Position numbers and translations under genes: made by a program. Below the pieces are notes generated by a model. The model was not told the DNA's origin. It made no database searches and worked only from the letters and a program-made list of their open reading frames with translations. 64,000 nt of DNA, from the IMG/VR virus record IMGVR_UViG_2693429913_000006, positions 959 through 64,958 of that record; one strand, 5' to 3'. This document shows, one piece after another, positions 9,340 through 18,814 of the stretch (position 1 is the first letter of the stretch; every line of letters starts with the position of its first letter). The DNA comes from a virus (Duplodnaviria; Caudoviricetes).

Positions 9340-10688
9340 TGGAAAATGAAACCATGATCGCACCTTACAACGAGCAGGCAGAACAATCGGTATTAGGCGC
9401 AATCATCTTAGAACCTAGTTGCATGGATCAAGTCCGTGGACAGGTGAATACGGACGACTTTTACCGGATCGGACATCGGCGATTGTTTGCCATCATGTGT
9501 GAAATGAGAGATGACAAGAAGCCAATTGATATGGTGACACTTACAGAGGAATTGCAGAAAAAGAATTGGTTGGAGGAAGCTGGCGGAGTAGCTTATCTAA
9601 CCGAATTGGCTTCCTTTGTCCCCACAGCTAGCAATGCAGATTACTATGCAGGAATCGTCCGAGAAAAGGCAATACGTAGAGACTTGATGGTCCAAGGTCA
9701 ACAATTAGTGTCACAAGCTCAACGAGTGGAAAACATTGAGGAGATTATGGTTTCATCGCAAGAAAAAATCCATCAGATTCAAGAACGGACTGTGTCTGAT
9801 GATGAAGAGGGAACCGATTTAAAATCATTACTCATGGGAGCATTTGATCTGATTGAGAAGCGTTCTATGGATCCATCGGGCATCTCTGGAACTCCTACTG
9901 GATATGCCGACATGGATAACATGCTGAATGGGCTAAATTCGGGCGACCTCATGATCGTGGCAGCACGTCCAGCAATGGGGAAAACTGCCTTTGCGCTCAA
10001 TATCGGCTCCAATGTGGCTGTTCGGGAGGGGAAACCAGTTGTCGTATTTAGCCTTGAGATGCAGGCAGGAATACTCTCTCAGCGTCTACTAAGCATGTGG
10101 GGAAATATAGACTCACAATCCATTCGTACTGGGAAGATGGAAGAGGGAGATTGGGATAAGCTTACAGATGCGATTAGTACGCTCCATGATGCCCCTATGA
10201 AGATACATGATAAAGCACGTAGCCTAAATCAGATTCGAGCCAATGCGATTAAGTTTAAGCGTAAGCATGGAGAGATTGGAGCTATCATTATTGATTATCT
10301 GCAACTCATCAATGTCGAAGGGAACTTTGCCAATGCTAATGAACGGATTAGTCTGATATCTCGCTCACTAAAACTACTTGCTGGCGAACTAGATTGTCCG
10401 ATAATTGCACTTTCACAGCTTTCTCGTGCTGTAGAACAACGTCAAGACAAGAGACCTATGCTATCTGATTTGAGGGATTCTGGATCTATCGAGCAAGATG
10501 CAGACGTGGTGATCTTCCTGTATCGTGATGATTACTACGATGAGGAATCGGTGAGGAAGAATATCTGTGAAGTGATCATTTCTAAGCAGAGGAATGGTCC
10601 AGTTGGATCTATTGAACTTCTCTTCTTGAAGAAATACGGAAAGTTTCTTCAGCTAGACAAGAATCTGATGCCTAAGCGTGATGAATAA
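9339..10688 (+). CDS. dnaB: replicative DNA helicase DnaB (full length)
   Basis: PYNEQAEQSVLGA N-domain; ARPAMGKT, FSLEM, IDYLQL, SQLSR, DLRDSGSIEQDAD, KQRNGP. Confidence 0.97.
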   Translation: MENETMIAPYNEQAEQSVLGAIILEPSCMDQVRGQVNTDDFYRIGHRRLFAIMCEMRDDKKPIDMVTLTEELQKKNWLEEAGGVAYLTELASFVPTASNADYYAGIVREKAIRRDLMVQGQQLVSQAQRVENIEEIMVSSQEKIHQIQERTVSDDEEGTDLKSLLMGAFDLIEKRSMDPSGISGTPTGYADMDNMLNGLNSGDLMIVAARPAMGKTAFALNIGSNVAVREGKPVVVFSLEMQAGILSQRLLSMWGNIDSQSIRTGKMEEGDWDKLTDAISTLHDAPMKIHDKARSLNQIRANAIKFKRKHGEIGAIIIDYLQLINVEGNFANANERISLISRSLKLLAGELDCPIIALSQLSRAVEQRQDKRPMLSDLRDSGSIEQDADVVIFLYRDDYYDEESVRKNICEVIISKQRNGPVGSIELLFLKKYGKFLQLDKNLMPKRDE

Positions 10689-10758
10689 CAGAATATGGGG
10701 GGTCTGGAAAGCAGAACGGTTTGTTTTCCAGACCCATAATACAACCTAGGAGAGACAT

Positions 10759-11640
10759 ATGACCACAAAAGATCAAGTAAACGAGAGAATTAAGGATATT
10801 AAAACCGTGCTATCAAAAACGTTTGAACAGATTGAGCAAAGACACTATGAACAGACCGGAATATCTGGATTGCGAACAGGCTATACAGACTTAGATCATA
10901 CATTGAGTGGCTTAAACAAAGGAGATTTGATTGTGCTTGCTGCTCGTCCTGGCATGGGGAAATCTACATTTGCACTGAACTTGGCTACCAATGTTGCATT
11001 GTTAGAGAGAAAAGAAGTAGTTGTTGTCAGTCTCGAAATGTCAGCGACTCAAATTGCAGAGCGGATGGTTGGAATGGTAGGAAACATTAATTCTATCGCT
11101 ATAAGATCTGGAAAATTGAACGAGGATGAGTGGGAGCATGTAGGAAAAGCGATTGAGTCTTTAAATCAAGCACCCATCCGGATCATTGAGGATTCATTTA
11201 GTTTGTCACAGATTCAGTCAGATGTTCGGGAGCTCAAACAAAAGGCAGGCGAAATCGGACTGATTGTAGTTGATTCGCTCCAATTGATTGATGTTGATAT
11301 ACCAAACGGATCTTCTTATGAGCGAACGAGTCATATTGCAAGATCATTAAAGCTTTTAGCCAGAGAGCTAGATTGTCCGATCGTTGCAGTTACTGCTCTA
11401 TCTCGTACGGTTGAACAAAGGCAGGATAAACATCCTATCTTATCGGATTTGAGAGATTCAGGATGCTTAGAAGACGATGCAGATGTAGTTATCTTCTTGT
11501 ATTGTGACGACTATTACAATACAGATTCAATAAAGCCAAATGTTGCCGAGGTCATGATCTCCAAACATCGGAACGGTCCATTAGGAACAGTCGAATTCGT
11601 GTTCTTGAGAAAGTACAGCAAGTTTTTACAACTTGATTAA
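10759..11640 (+). CDS. DnaB-like protein, C-terminal ATPase domain only, altered motifs
   Basis: ARPGMGKS, VSLEM, VDSLQL, TALSR, DLRDSGCLEDDAD, KHRNGP; lacks the ~150-aa N-terminal domain; own AGGAGAG RBS. Confidence 0.9.
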   Translation: MTTKDQVNERIKDIKTVLSKTFEQIEQRHYEQTGISGLRTGYTDLDHTLSGLNKGDLIVLAARPGMGKSTFALNLATNVALLERKEVVVVSLEMSATQIAERMVGMVGNINSIAIRSGKLNEDEWEHVGKAIESLNQAPIRIIEDSFSLSQIQSDVRELKQKAGEIGLIVVDSLQLIDVDIPNGSSYERTSHIARSLKLLARELDCPIVAVTALSRTVEQRQDKHPILSDLRDSGCLEDDADVVIFLYCDDYYNTDSIKPNVAEVMISKHRNGPLGTVEFVFLRKYSKFLQLD

Positions 11641-11781
11641 CAAGTGGTTAATAGGCGTGGTATGGACAGCAGAAAAGTTTGTTCTCCAGACCACGCAATC
11701 ACAACAAGAGGATAAAACAGATATCCTAACATTCCTTCTGGATCCAGATGCATATTTCTGTATAAAACCGAACAATAGGAG

Positions 11782-12201
11782 GTGGGAGTCGTGCAGCGTT
11801 TTCTCATTCTAGTAGTTTCTACGATACTTCTGCTAGTTGGCTGCCAGATTCAAGAGAAGCCAGCGAATGCAGACTCTGTAGTCGCCACCATTGAATTACC
11901 TTCTGACCGCTATCCAGAAACGGCCAAGCATATCAAGGAAGCCATTCAGAAGGGAGAGACGGATACTTGTACCATCGATCGAAAAGGAGCAGAGAAGCGG
12001 CGTGAGGGATCTCTCAAGGGGATACCCACCAAGAAGGGGTATGATCGAGATGAATTTCCAATGGCCCTGTGTTCTGAGGGCGGAAAAGGTGCAGACATAA
12101 AATATGTGAGTCCCAAAGATAACAGGGGAGCTGGATCATACATCGGGAACAAACTTGAACGATACAAAGATGGCCAAAGGGTAAGGATTTCGGTGAGATA
12201 G
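11782..12201 (+). CDS. nucB: NucA/NucB-family secreted DNase (lipoprotein)
   Basis: LLLVGC lipobox; [54 protein letters not shown]. Confidence 0.9.
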   Translation: MGVVQRFLILVVSTILLLVGCQIQEKPANADSVVATIELPSDRYPETAKHIKEAIQKGETDTCTIDRKGAEKRREGSLKGIPTKKGYDRDEFPMALCSEGGKGADIKYVSPKDNRGAGSYIGNKLERYKDGQRVRISVR

Positions 12202-12224
12202 GGAGAAGAAAGGGAGAGCTTTCT

Positions 12225-12398
12225 ATGAAAAGAAAATGGACTGAAGAACAGATATCAGCGAAGTTACCGAACGTACAAGCCACTATGGCCTTTGAAGGAC
12301 TTGATCTGATAGAGGAAGATATGGAGTTACTCTTAGCCAGAGCGAGAGGCGAGATCACTCAAAAAGAGTATATTAAGCGTGCAGTGGAGAGCAATTAA
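12225..12398 (+). CDS. VbhA-like antitoxin, 57 aa (not in ORF track)
   Basis: MKRKWTEEQISAKLPNVQATMAFEGLDLIEEDMELLLARARGEITQKEYIKRAVESN; (S/T)xxxEG Fic-inhibition motif and GEIT..E tail; GGGAGAG RBS. Confidence 0.65.
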   Translation: MKRKWTEEQISAKLPNVQATMAFEGLDLIEEDMELLLARARGEITQKEYIKRAVESN

Positions 12399-12690
12399 GA
12401 CGACAGGGGAGCTGGAACAAATGATTACAAAAGCAATGGCAATGGTTGAGCTTGATCGAATTCAGATTCCATTCGAGCTGGAGCAATCTAAACCACGAGA
12501 GGAAAAACTTGATCGGATTCGGCAGCACCTAGAGAAAACAGGTGAGCTAGATACGTGCATAGTTGTCCATCAAGAAACGATGTTGCTAGTAGATGGCTAT
12601 ACCAGATACATTGTCGCAAAAGAGAGAGGGATAGCTTCTGTTCCTGTACGATGGGGCAATCTACGAGAATTCGGATTGTATTGGAGGTAG
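12379..12690 (+). CDS. ParB/Srx N-terminal-like domain protein (likely start 12421)
   Basis: CIVV..LLVDGYTRYIVAKERGIASVPVR resembles the ParBc IDG.RR..A..G...VPV motif. Confidence 0.65.
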   Translation: MQWRAIKTTGELEQMITKAMAMVELDRIQIPFELEQSKPREEKLDRIRQHLEKTGELDTCIVVHQETMLLVDGYTRYIVAKERGIASVPVRWGNLREFGLYWR

Positions 12691-12761
12691 GAGAAGGTTA
12701 TAGAAAAAGAAGCCACTCTCGAAGGAATGGCCTCTTTTTCCCTTGGAATATGTCAGCATAA

Positions 12762-13049
12762 TTATTCTGGGTCAAGTGGGTCATAAATGACAAGAACTGG
12801 GAAGAAATACGGTGTGACTGTAAAATACACAGACTCCCCCTTCTTGTCCTTATAATGAACAAAATAATCATCAAAATGGGGCTCGAATTCAGTGGACTGA
12901 AACTGTAAGTCTTGGTCATAGTACTTGGTGGTGACATATGCATAGGTCGAAATGGTTGCGATTCCCTTTTGTACAAAAGGAATTTGTATGAGGAGAATGA
13001 TAACGATAACAGATATGAAGAATTTTACTACTTTCTTTCTCCATTTCAT
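12762..13049 (-). CDS. small membrane-anchored protein (YfjL-like)
   Basis: N-terminal TM helix then AYVTTKY..F..Y.V.Y.DK.G pattern. Confidence 0.5.
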   Translation of the reverse strand: MKWRKKVVKFFISVIVIILLIQIPFVQKGIATISTYAYVTTKYYDQDLQFQSTEFEPHFDDYFVHYKDKKGESVYFTVTPYFFPVLVIYDPLDPE

Positions 13050-13080
13050 TTTAAAAATCTCCTTTGACCCCTAAATAGAA

Positions 13081-14085
13081 TCATGGTATTTCTAATATTT
13101 GTAGATGAGCATAAGACCCGATTGCCGTTAATAACGGATGAGCTTGTCTTTCAACTGAATGACCTGCGAGCTTAAAATCATGTTTATTTGAATCATATTC
13201 AGAGATAATCATAACATGCGATGGTACTGTGACTACGCCAGAGACACCCTTATGAAGAATGACAACGTCTCCCTTGCTAATACTTCTGTTGTAGATTGTT
13301 TTATGATTCTTACGATAATAATCTGTGGACATGCTATGAGTTTTAGATTTTGGTCTCCAATAATTTTCAAAGGTTCTCACAGCAATCCACGGACTTGGAT
13401 TTGTCAATTTCCAACTGTAATTTAACTGTTCTACGCTATTGATGACCCAATATCTAGTGTTTTTTCTTGAGATACTCCAGTTTCCTGATTTCGGCTTACC
13501 ACCACCGATGTGCATTGCCTGAGACACAAAATTCGTACAATCTGTGCCGAATTTACCTGTGAATCTAGGATAATCTGTTCGGTACTTGTTGTAGTTTTTA
13601 TAGGCCCAATTTCCAGCAGAGTCACCATCATAAGCGGCGGAAGGACTTACGGTTTCGTCTTGTACGTTCGATTCCAGAAAGGAAATAGCTTGTTGATTTT
13701 CTAAGCTGTAGGCGTACCGACTAAGAAAGCCTAGTAATATTTCTTGATCTTGGATTGACACCACTGGATGTACATTTATTATCTTTTGTATTATCTCTAG
13801 TTTTGGATCTTTTTTTGTAGATACAGCATTCTCAATTATGTCTATATCTGTGTAGTGATTCGTGAGAATACTGCCAACTTTTAAGTCTGCCTGAAAATAA
13901 GTCGATAAAGTCTCTCTGATAATCATGTCTTCCACTTCTGGATCTACTATATCACGATCAAATGTTACCGTACCGTTTTCTTTCCCCTTCAAATATTGCT
14001 CTATATAGTGGTTAGATGGATCTCCTGCTGTAACATCTTTAGTTACAAGTGATGAGTCGGTGATATGACTGCGTATTTTGCCCAT
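13081..14085 (-). CDS. putative amidase-domain protein (Amidase_6/NlpC-like)
   Basis: YDGDSAGNWA..YPRF...GTDCTNFVSQAM..GG, GDVV, HVMII, LAGHS. Confidence 0.8.
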   Translation of the reverse strand: MGKIRSHITDSSLVTKDVTAGDPSNHYIEQYLKGKENGTVTFDRDIVDPEVEDMIIRETLSTYFQADLKVGSILTNHYTDIDIIENAVSTKKDPKLEIIQKIINVHPVVSIQDQEILLGFLSRYAYSLENQQAISFLESNVQDETVSPSAAYDGDSAGNWAYKNYNKYRTDYPRFTGKFGTDCTNFVSQAMHIGGGKPKSGNWSISRKNTRYWVINSVEQLNYSWKLTNPSPWIAVRTFENYWRPKSKTHSMSTDYYRKNHKTIYNRSISKGDVVILHKGVSGVVTVPSHVMIISEYDSNKHDFKLAGHSVERQAHPLLTAIGSYAHLQILEIP

Positions 14086-14201
14086 GTTATTTCACGTCCT
14101 ATTATTTATTTTTGAACAATATCAACTCAACCTTCCGTATAAATAGTTCTTTTCCCTCTAGATTTACCATGAAACAACATGGAAGAAGTACGTACCAAGT
14201 T

Positions 14202-14764
14202 TCATAGCGATTCACCTGACATGATATGACGTTTCCGATAGATCCATTTGGCTAAAGCCCACCGTAACACACGATACACGCTATATCCAAAACAAGCGCC
14301 AGTTGTATTGAAAATGACATCGTCAACGTCTGAGATTCGAGTACCTGAGAGAAATTGCAGGATTTCGATAGCAAAACTCATACATAGGAGAATACGATGA
14401 ATGCTCTTCGAAATGTGTTGACCCATTTCCATATAAACGGGACTAGAAAGCCAAATGGCATAAGCATTATGAGATTGCCGCCTACATACCACTTTGCAAT
14501 ATGAATAGACGATGAATCGATTGGGATCGTAGCGAATGGAATGAAGTTGACGGTATGGTACCAAGGAAACCTGGTATCCTCGAATTGTATGTAGATCGGG
14601 AATAGAGTGTAACTGGCTACCATGGTGAGGTAACTGAGGAAGACTGATTCCAGAATGAGTCTTCCGAAAGAAACTTGTCTGAAGCGGATCGCAAGAAATA
14701 GGACTAGTAGAATAGCAACATAATTCAACTCAAAGTCGATAACCATACAGAAATCTCTCCTCAC
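14202..14764 (-). pseudogene. VanZ-family membrane protein split by a frameshift near 14385
   Basis: 5' ORF has TLFP, VNFIPF, GNLIMLMPFGFLVP; the overlapping ORF continues SFAIEILQ..RISDVDDVIFNTTG. Confidence 0.75.
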
Positions 14765-14837
14765 AAAGTTTACTGAAGAGATTCCTTTTAAAACAACGAA
14801 AGTCCTGTTATCGGGTAGATAATAGGACTTTCAACAA

Positions 14838-16343
14838 CTATTTAAATTCAGTTTTCACTACATCAGGATTATTCATATAATCGTCTCCACGATTCCGCTC
14901 CCATTTTCGATCATCAACAAGGTTACTAATCAGCCATTTTTTCGTGGTTTTGTTGTACTGGATCGAGACCAGCTTTTCGTTAAATTCCTCTTGGGCATCT
15001 TTCGAAAAGAAAGATTTTTTATCTGTAATCGTTCGATGTTCAATAATCGGGATAGTGAAAAGAATGATATTCGGATTGGTTGTAGGGAGATAATCTACTT
15101 GATGATAGTCAATCTTACAATCCTGAACCCGTCCCGAATACTCATGAGAGCTTTTACTAAATTGGATATCTTCTACCAAATCCTTGCGTAATGTATCCGA
15201 AATCTGAGTGAATACGGCTGGATTTCCCTCCACCATGGAACGCAAACGTTGTTTCACATGAGTATTAATCAATTCTGTAACCTGTGTACGTGCCTCCTTA
15301 GTGCTTAATGTCTGTGGGGTTAGATCATACTTCTCGGTACCTGTTTGAAACTCCCTTTCATAGCTTTTTTCGATTCCCCAGGGCATCTCTGTTTCGCCTA
15401 GAACGGTCATTCCGCTCTGTTTTGCTACTGGTCCAAACTTCTCATAATCCGTAACCAGTTTGGTCGTGTCTTTCCCATTTATCACTAACTTAGTTTGGGG
15501 AAAGAGTGATGATAGACTAACCGTTTCCCCTTTACTTTCGAGACTGACTTCTACCTTTCCGGTAGGTTCATTAATAGCAGCGACTTCTTTATCGTTTGTT
15601 AGCTCCCAGAAATCATAACTTTTAGCAGTTTTGACATGGTGTACTCCAGGTAAAACCGTTTCCACATGAGTAAGTTGTTTGGAGTTGGTTTGAAATACTT
15701 CTTTTCCGTTGAAGATGATCTTGGTGTTGGGTTCATTGGTCGTGATCGCAACCTGGTAAGGATGAATGCGAATCTCATACGTGTCATAGAAAAAAGGAAT
15801 CTCATTCCGATGGAGGTAGATATCGCCACGATAACCCTCACTTCCATCGCTCACTTTGTCATACTCTTCCACAAAATCATCCGTACCCTGTATTTTGTTC
15901 GTGTATAGATCGGCAGCGGATCGAAGACTCGAAGTAACGATACTCTGATACTTCGGCTCTTTTTTCATAATGGCCATCAGTTTTTTCATCGATTCTGCAT
16001 CTATTTTCACCTTGGAATCGTTTGAAACCAGCATTTTTGTTAGTTTCTCTGTGTTCCCTTCATAGACGGCTGTTTCAAATTCCTTTACTAGAGTATGTGG
16101 ATCTTGAGCGGTAACGGCTCCTACTATGTAGAGAGTACTAATTGAAAGAACCAATACCAGTCCAGCGATGAGTCCTTTTTTTCCGATTCGCTCTTGAATA
16201 CGCTTCACGAACGAAAGGATGCCAGCAGGCCATCTAGGAGTTTGGTGTTCATTCGATGGTGGCTGACTCTGTGTGGGAGATCCGTTTCCTTCTTGCAAAG
16301 ACGATGATGAGAAGTCTAGTTGATCGGGTTTCTGTGAATGCAT
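14838..16343 (-). CDS. membrane-anchored TcaA/YvbJ-like protein
   Basis: Single TM near residue 60, then a large extracellular domain (FETAV..L.KML, PYQVAITTN, LPGVHHVK, FGPV, PWG). Confidence 0.65.
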   Translation of the reverse strand: MHSQKPDQLDFSSSSLQEGNGSPTQSQPPSNEHQTPRWPAGILSFVKRIQERIGKKGLIAGLVLVLSISTLYIVGAVTAQDPHTLVKEFETAVYEGNTEKLTKMLVSNDSKVKIDAESMKKLMAIMKKEPKYQSIVTSSLRSAADLYTNKIQGTDDFVEEYDKVSDGSEGYRGDIYLHRNEIPFFYDTYEIRIHPYQVAITTNEPNTKIIFNGKEVFQTNSKQLTHVETVLPGVHHVKTAKSYDFWELTNDKEVAAINEPTGKVEVSLESKGETVSLSSLFPQTKLVINGKDTTKLVTDYEKFGPVAKQSGMTVLGETEMPWGIEKSYEREFQTGTEKYDLTPQTLSTKEARTQVTELINTHVKQRLRSMVEGNPAVFTQISDTLRKDLVEDIQFSKSSHEYSGRVQDCKIDYHQVDYLPTTNPNIILFTIPIIEHRTITDKKSFFSKDAQEEFNEKLVSIQYNKTTKKWLISNLVDDRKWERNRGDDYMNNPDVVKTEFK

Positions 16344-16509
16344 ATATAATCTCCCCTGAAAAATATTTGATCTAGCGAGTTTCTATTCTGTATTTTAAGA
16401 TAAAATATTAGATTGTCAATGTGAACGGAAGCTGGTTCCTATTGTTAACAGGAGTTTCGACAAAAAATACAGAATTAACAGTTATATAAAAATTTAAGGG
16501 GAGATACAT

Positions 16510-16662
16510 ATGTCTTGGTTAAAGGCGAGTGGAAAACGTGGAGACTGGACGAAAGCAAAGAAGGGTGAAAATCCTAGTGGATGGACGAATAACGAGAATC
16601 AGAAGCCTGTGGAAACGTTATTTAAAACAAAGGCGGATAAGTTTCTTTCACCTAAGAAGTGA
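16510..16662 (+). CDS. 50-aa basic peptide (not in ORF track)
   Basis: MSWLKASGKRGDWTKAKKGENPSGWTNN...SPKK with AAGGGGGAG RBS. Confidence 0.45.
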   Translation: MSWLKASGKRGDWTKAKKGENPSGWTNNENQKPVETLFKTKADKFLSPKK

Positions 16663-16674
16663 GGGGAATTTAAA

Positions 16675-17067
16675 ATGGATATCCAGAAAAAGGTGGCGTA
16701 TGGAAAGCTATTAGGTGAGATATATCGAATCCAAAAGGCTTTAGGTATTCCTAATGAGTGTTCGGATCACCATGTTTACGGCTTACAACATGGAATGGAA
16801 CCATCTATTAGAGCCATATGGGAAGAGTATGATTTTATTTCTGTAGATGAAATTGTGATAGTCGATGAACTGTTTGACGAGATTGAATCCGGAAATCACA
16901 AGGATGTTACAAGTGAAGAAGTGTTACTAGATATCCTTGAATCACGAGGATTGCCCGAAAGCAAGGGACGCAAGGTTTTACAGTATTACAAACTAGGCGG
17001 ATTCTATAAAGAAAGATTTGATGCGCTTAAAGATAATCCGCTTGTACCACCTGATGATAGTAAATAA
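16675..17067 (+). CDS. hypothetical protein
   Basis: 130 aa, GAGGGG RBS. Confidence 0.6.
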   Translation: MDIQKKVAYGKLLGEIYRIQKALGIPNECSDHHVYGLQHGMEPSIRAIWEEYDFISVDEIVIVDELFDEIESGNHKDVTSEEVLLDILESRGLPESKGRKVLQYYKLGGFYKERFDALKDNPLVPPDDSK

Positions 17068-17098
17068 ATCTCGATTGTGAGCATCATTCCTTATATGG

Positions 17099-17674
17099 AT
17101 GGTGCTTTCAACTATATGGGGAGAGAGTTATATGCGAGTCAAAAAGCTGATAGCCAGCATGCAGCGGAAATGGAAGAAGCTAAAAAAAGTCTACCGTAAA
17201 ACTCGCAGGCAATACATCGAGAGGAAAAAGCAAGTCAAGCAGACCGTCAGATGGATCTTCTCACCTATCCTAGCCGTTGAGTTCATTTTGGAGCAGATCG
17301 GGAGAGGCCATCTTCCAGGGCTGGACAAAAATATGTTTCTGACTGATTCGAGGATAGAGCGGTGGATGTACTACGAGTTGCGAAGAGTGGAGATGTTCAA
17401 AGGGAAGATCGTTCCTCAATATCCCATCAGCTCATACTGGGCGGACTTCGCGATACCTGAGTATATGTTGGTGATAGAGTTGGACGGCCAGCGATATCAT
17501 AAGAATAGACAGGCTCACGATCGAGGACGAGATGCTTACATGTACCGTAAGGGCTGGAAGGTCATGAGATTCAGCTATAACGACATTAAAAAGAGACGTA
17601 CGAAAGCGGTTGAGCGGATCCTGAAACATGCGATGAAGGTTGAGAGAGAACGGGTAAAAGCAAGCAGTCAGTAG
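17099..17674 (+). CDS. DUF559/Vsr-like PD-(D/E)xK endonuclease
   Basis: S.IE..MY..L, QYPI..YWADFAI...LVIELDG..YH...HD.GRD.Y....GWKVMRF. Confidence 0.85.
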   Translation: MVLSTIWGESYMRVKKLIASMQRKWKKLKKVYRKTRRQYIERKKQVKQTVRWIFSPILAVEFILEQIGRGHLPGLDKNMFLTDSRIERWMYYELRRVEMFKGKIVPQYPISSYWADFAIPEYMLVIELDGQRYHKNRQAHDRGRDAYMYRKGWKVMRFSYNDIKKRRTKAVERILKHAMKVERERVKASSQ

Positions 17675-17806
17675 CCCCCTCCTGTTAGAGTTAGCTACCT
17701 TTGATCAGTGGGGACCGAGAGGGGAGCTTCAAAGAACACACAGGGATTTTTTCAAGACCCCCTACCCCATTTTGGTACTTTTGGGACACTAAAAAAGGAG
17801 AGTGTT

Positions 17807-18010
17807 ATGGAGTTCAAGATAAATGATGTGTGGTTCGGACGGATCGGAACAGCCTATGAGGGAGTGACAGCTACAATTCAAGCTATAACAGAGCGGAAGA
17901 TACAAGTATCATTTGATCGAGTTGTAGCGGTGGATGGTATGATGCTAGGAGGCTGTATTTTCGGCAAGAAACAGTTTCAAGAACTCTTTGAACAGGTGTA
18001 TTGGATTTGA
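17807..18010 (+). CDS. hypothetical protein (start MEFKIND)
   Basis: AAGGAGAG RBS before internal ATG. Confidence 0.5.
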   Translation: MEFKINDVWFGRIGTAYEGVTATIQAITERKIQVSFDRVVAVDGMMLGGCIFGKKQFQELFEQVYWI

Positions 18011-18150
18011 AATATATCCCATTAGATAGTTATTGCGTCCAATTAAATGATTTGTTGTAGAATAATATATGAACCGCATGTAACGACTGGGCGATTCCAT
18101 TGCCTGGTCATTTCTTGCTTAGAATAGTCAAATTTACATAGAGAGCAGGC

Positions 18151-18450
18151 ATGCAGATGAGAGACGTATTCCCTACAAAATACTATAGCGATGAAGGATT
18201 TGTGGAACGAAAGATCGAGATTAATGAGGAAGACTTAGACGAAATCATTGAAGAATATTTGCTTAGTCGTGGTTACGATTTTGATGAGATTGAGATTGTG
18301 AATAATCGAGAGATGAATATATGGTTGCATGCGAAATGTCGTAAATATGTAGATGAGGAAAATCCGGAAGAAGATGAAACTGCTATTGAAGCAGAGGTGG
18401 AAATCAAAGGTAAATATGATGGTAATCCAATTGGTGGAATTATCTTTTGA
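18151..18450 (+). CDS. acidic hypothetical protein
   Basis: 99-aa ORF. Confidence 0.55.
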   Translation: MQMRDVFPTKYYSDEGFVERKIEINEEDLDEIIEEYLLSRGYDFDEIEIVNNREMNIWLHAKCRKYVDEENPEEDETAIEAEVEIKGKYDGNPIGGIIF

Positions 18451-18498
18451 TGAACTGGTCTACTTATGAAGTGGGTCAGTTTTTTGTCTCTCGATCTA

Positions 18499-18750
18499 TC
18501 AATCCTGATTCCTTTTTCCAAGTACGAACTCATCAATCTCATTGCGACGTAAATAAATCAAACCAAGAGCAATTAACATCCCTACTAGGGAGCCTGCAAT
18601 CGCAATATATATGCTTGGTGTGGCAATATCAAATAGATAAAGAACAAGTGTAATGATTCCTATGAATAGCGACATCCAAAAGAAAACCTTTTTTATGACC
18701 ATCATTGCAATCGAATTGTTTTTGAAGATCAAATCGTTACACCCTTTCAC
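18499..18750 (-). CDS. small two-TM membrane protein
   Basis: Two hydrophobic helices; AAAGGGTG RBS before an internal TTG. Confidence 0.5.
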   Translation of the reverse strand: MKGCNDLIFKNNSIAMMVIKKVFFWMSLFIGIITLVLYLFDIATPSIYIAIAGSLVGMLIALGLIYLRRNEIDEFVLGKRNQD

Positions 18751-18782
18751 AGTGAGATGGTCTAAGTATGCCCGAAAATGCT

Positions 18783-18814
18783 AAAAAGGTTTCCCTGTGA
18801 AGAGAAACCCTTTT
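18783..18814 (-). terminator. intrinsic terminator ending the candidate ncRNA
   Basis: Minus strand AAAAGGGTTTCTC-TTCACA-GGGAAACCTTTTT. Confidence 0.7.
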
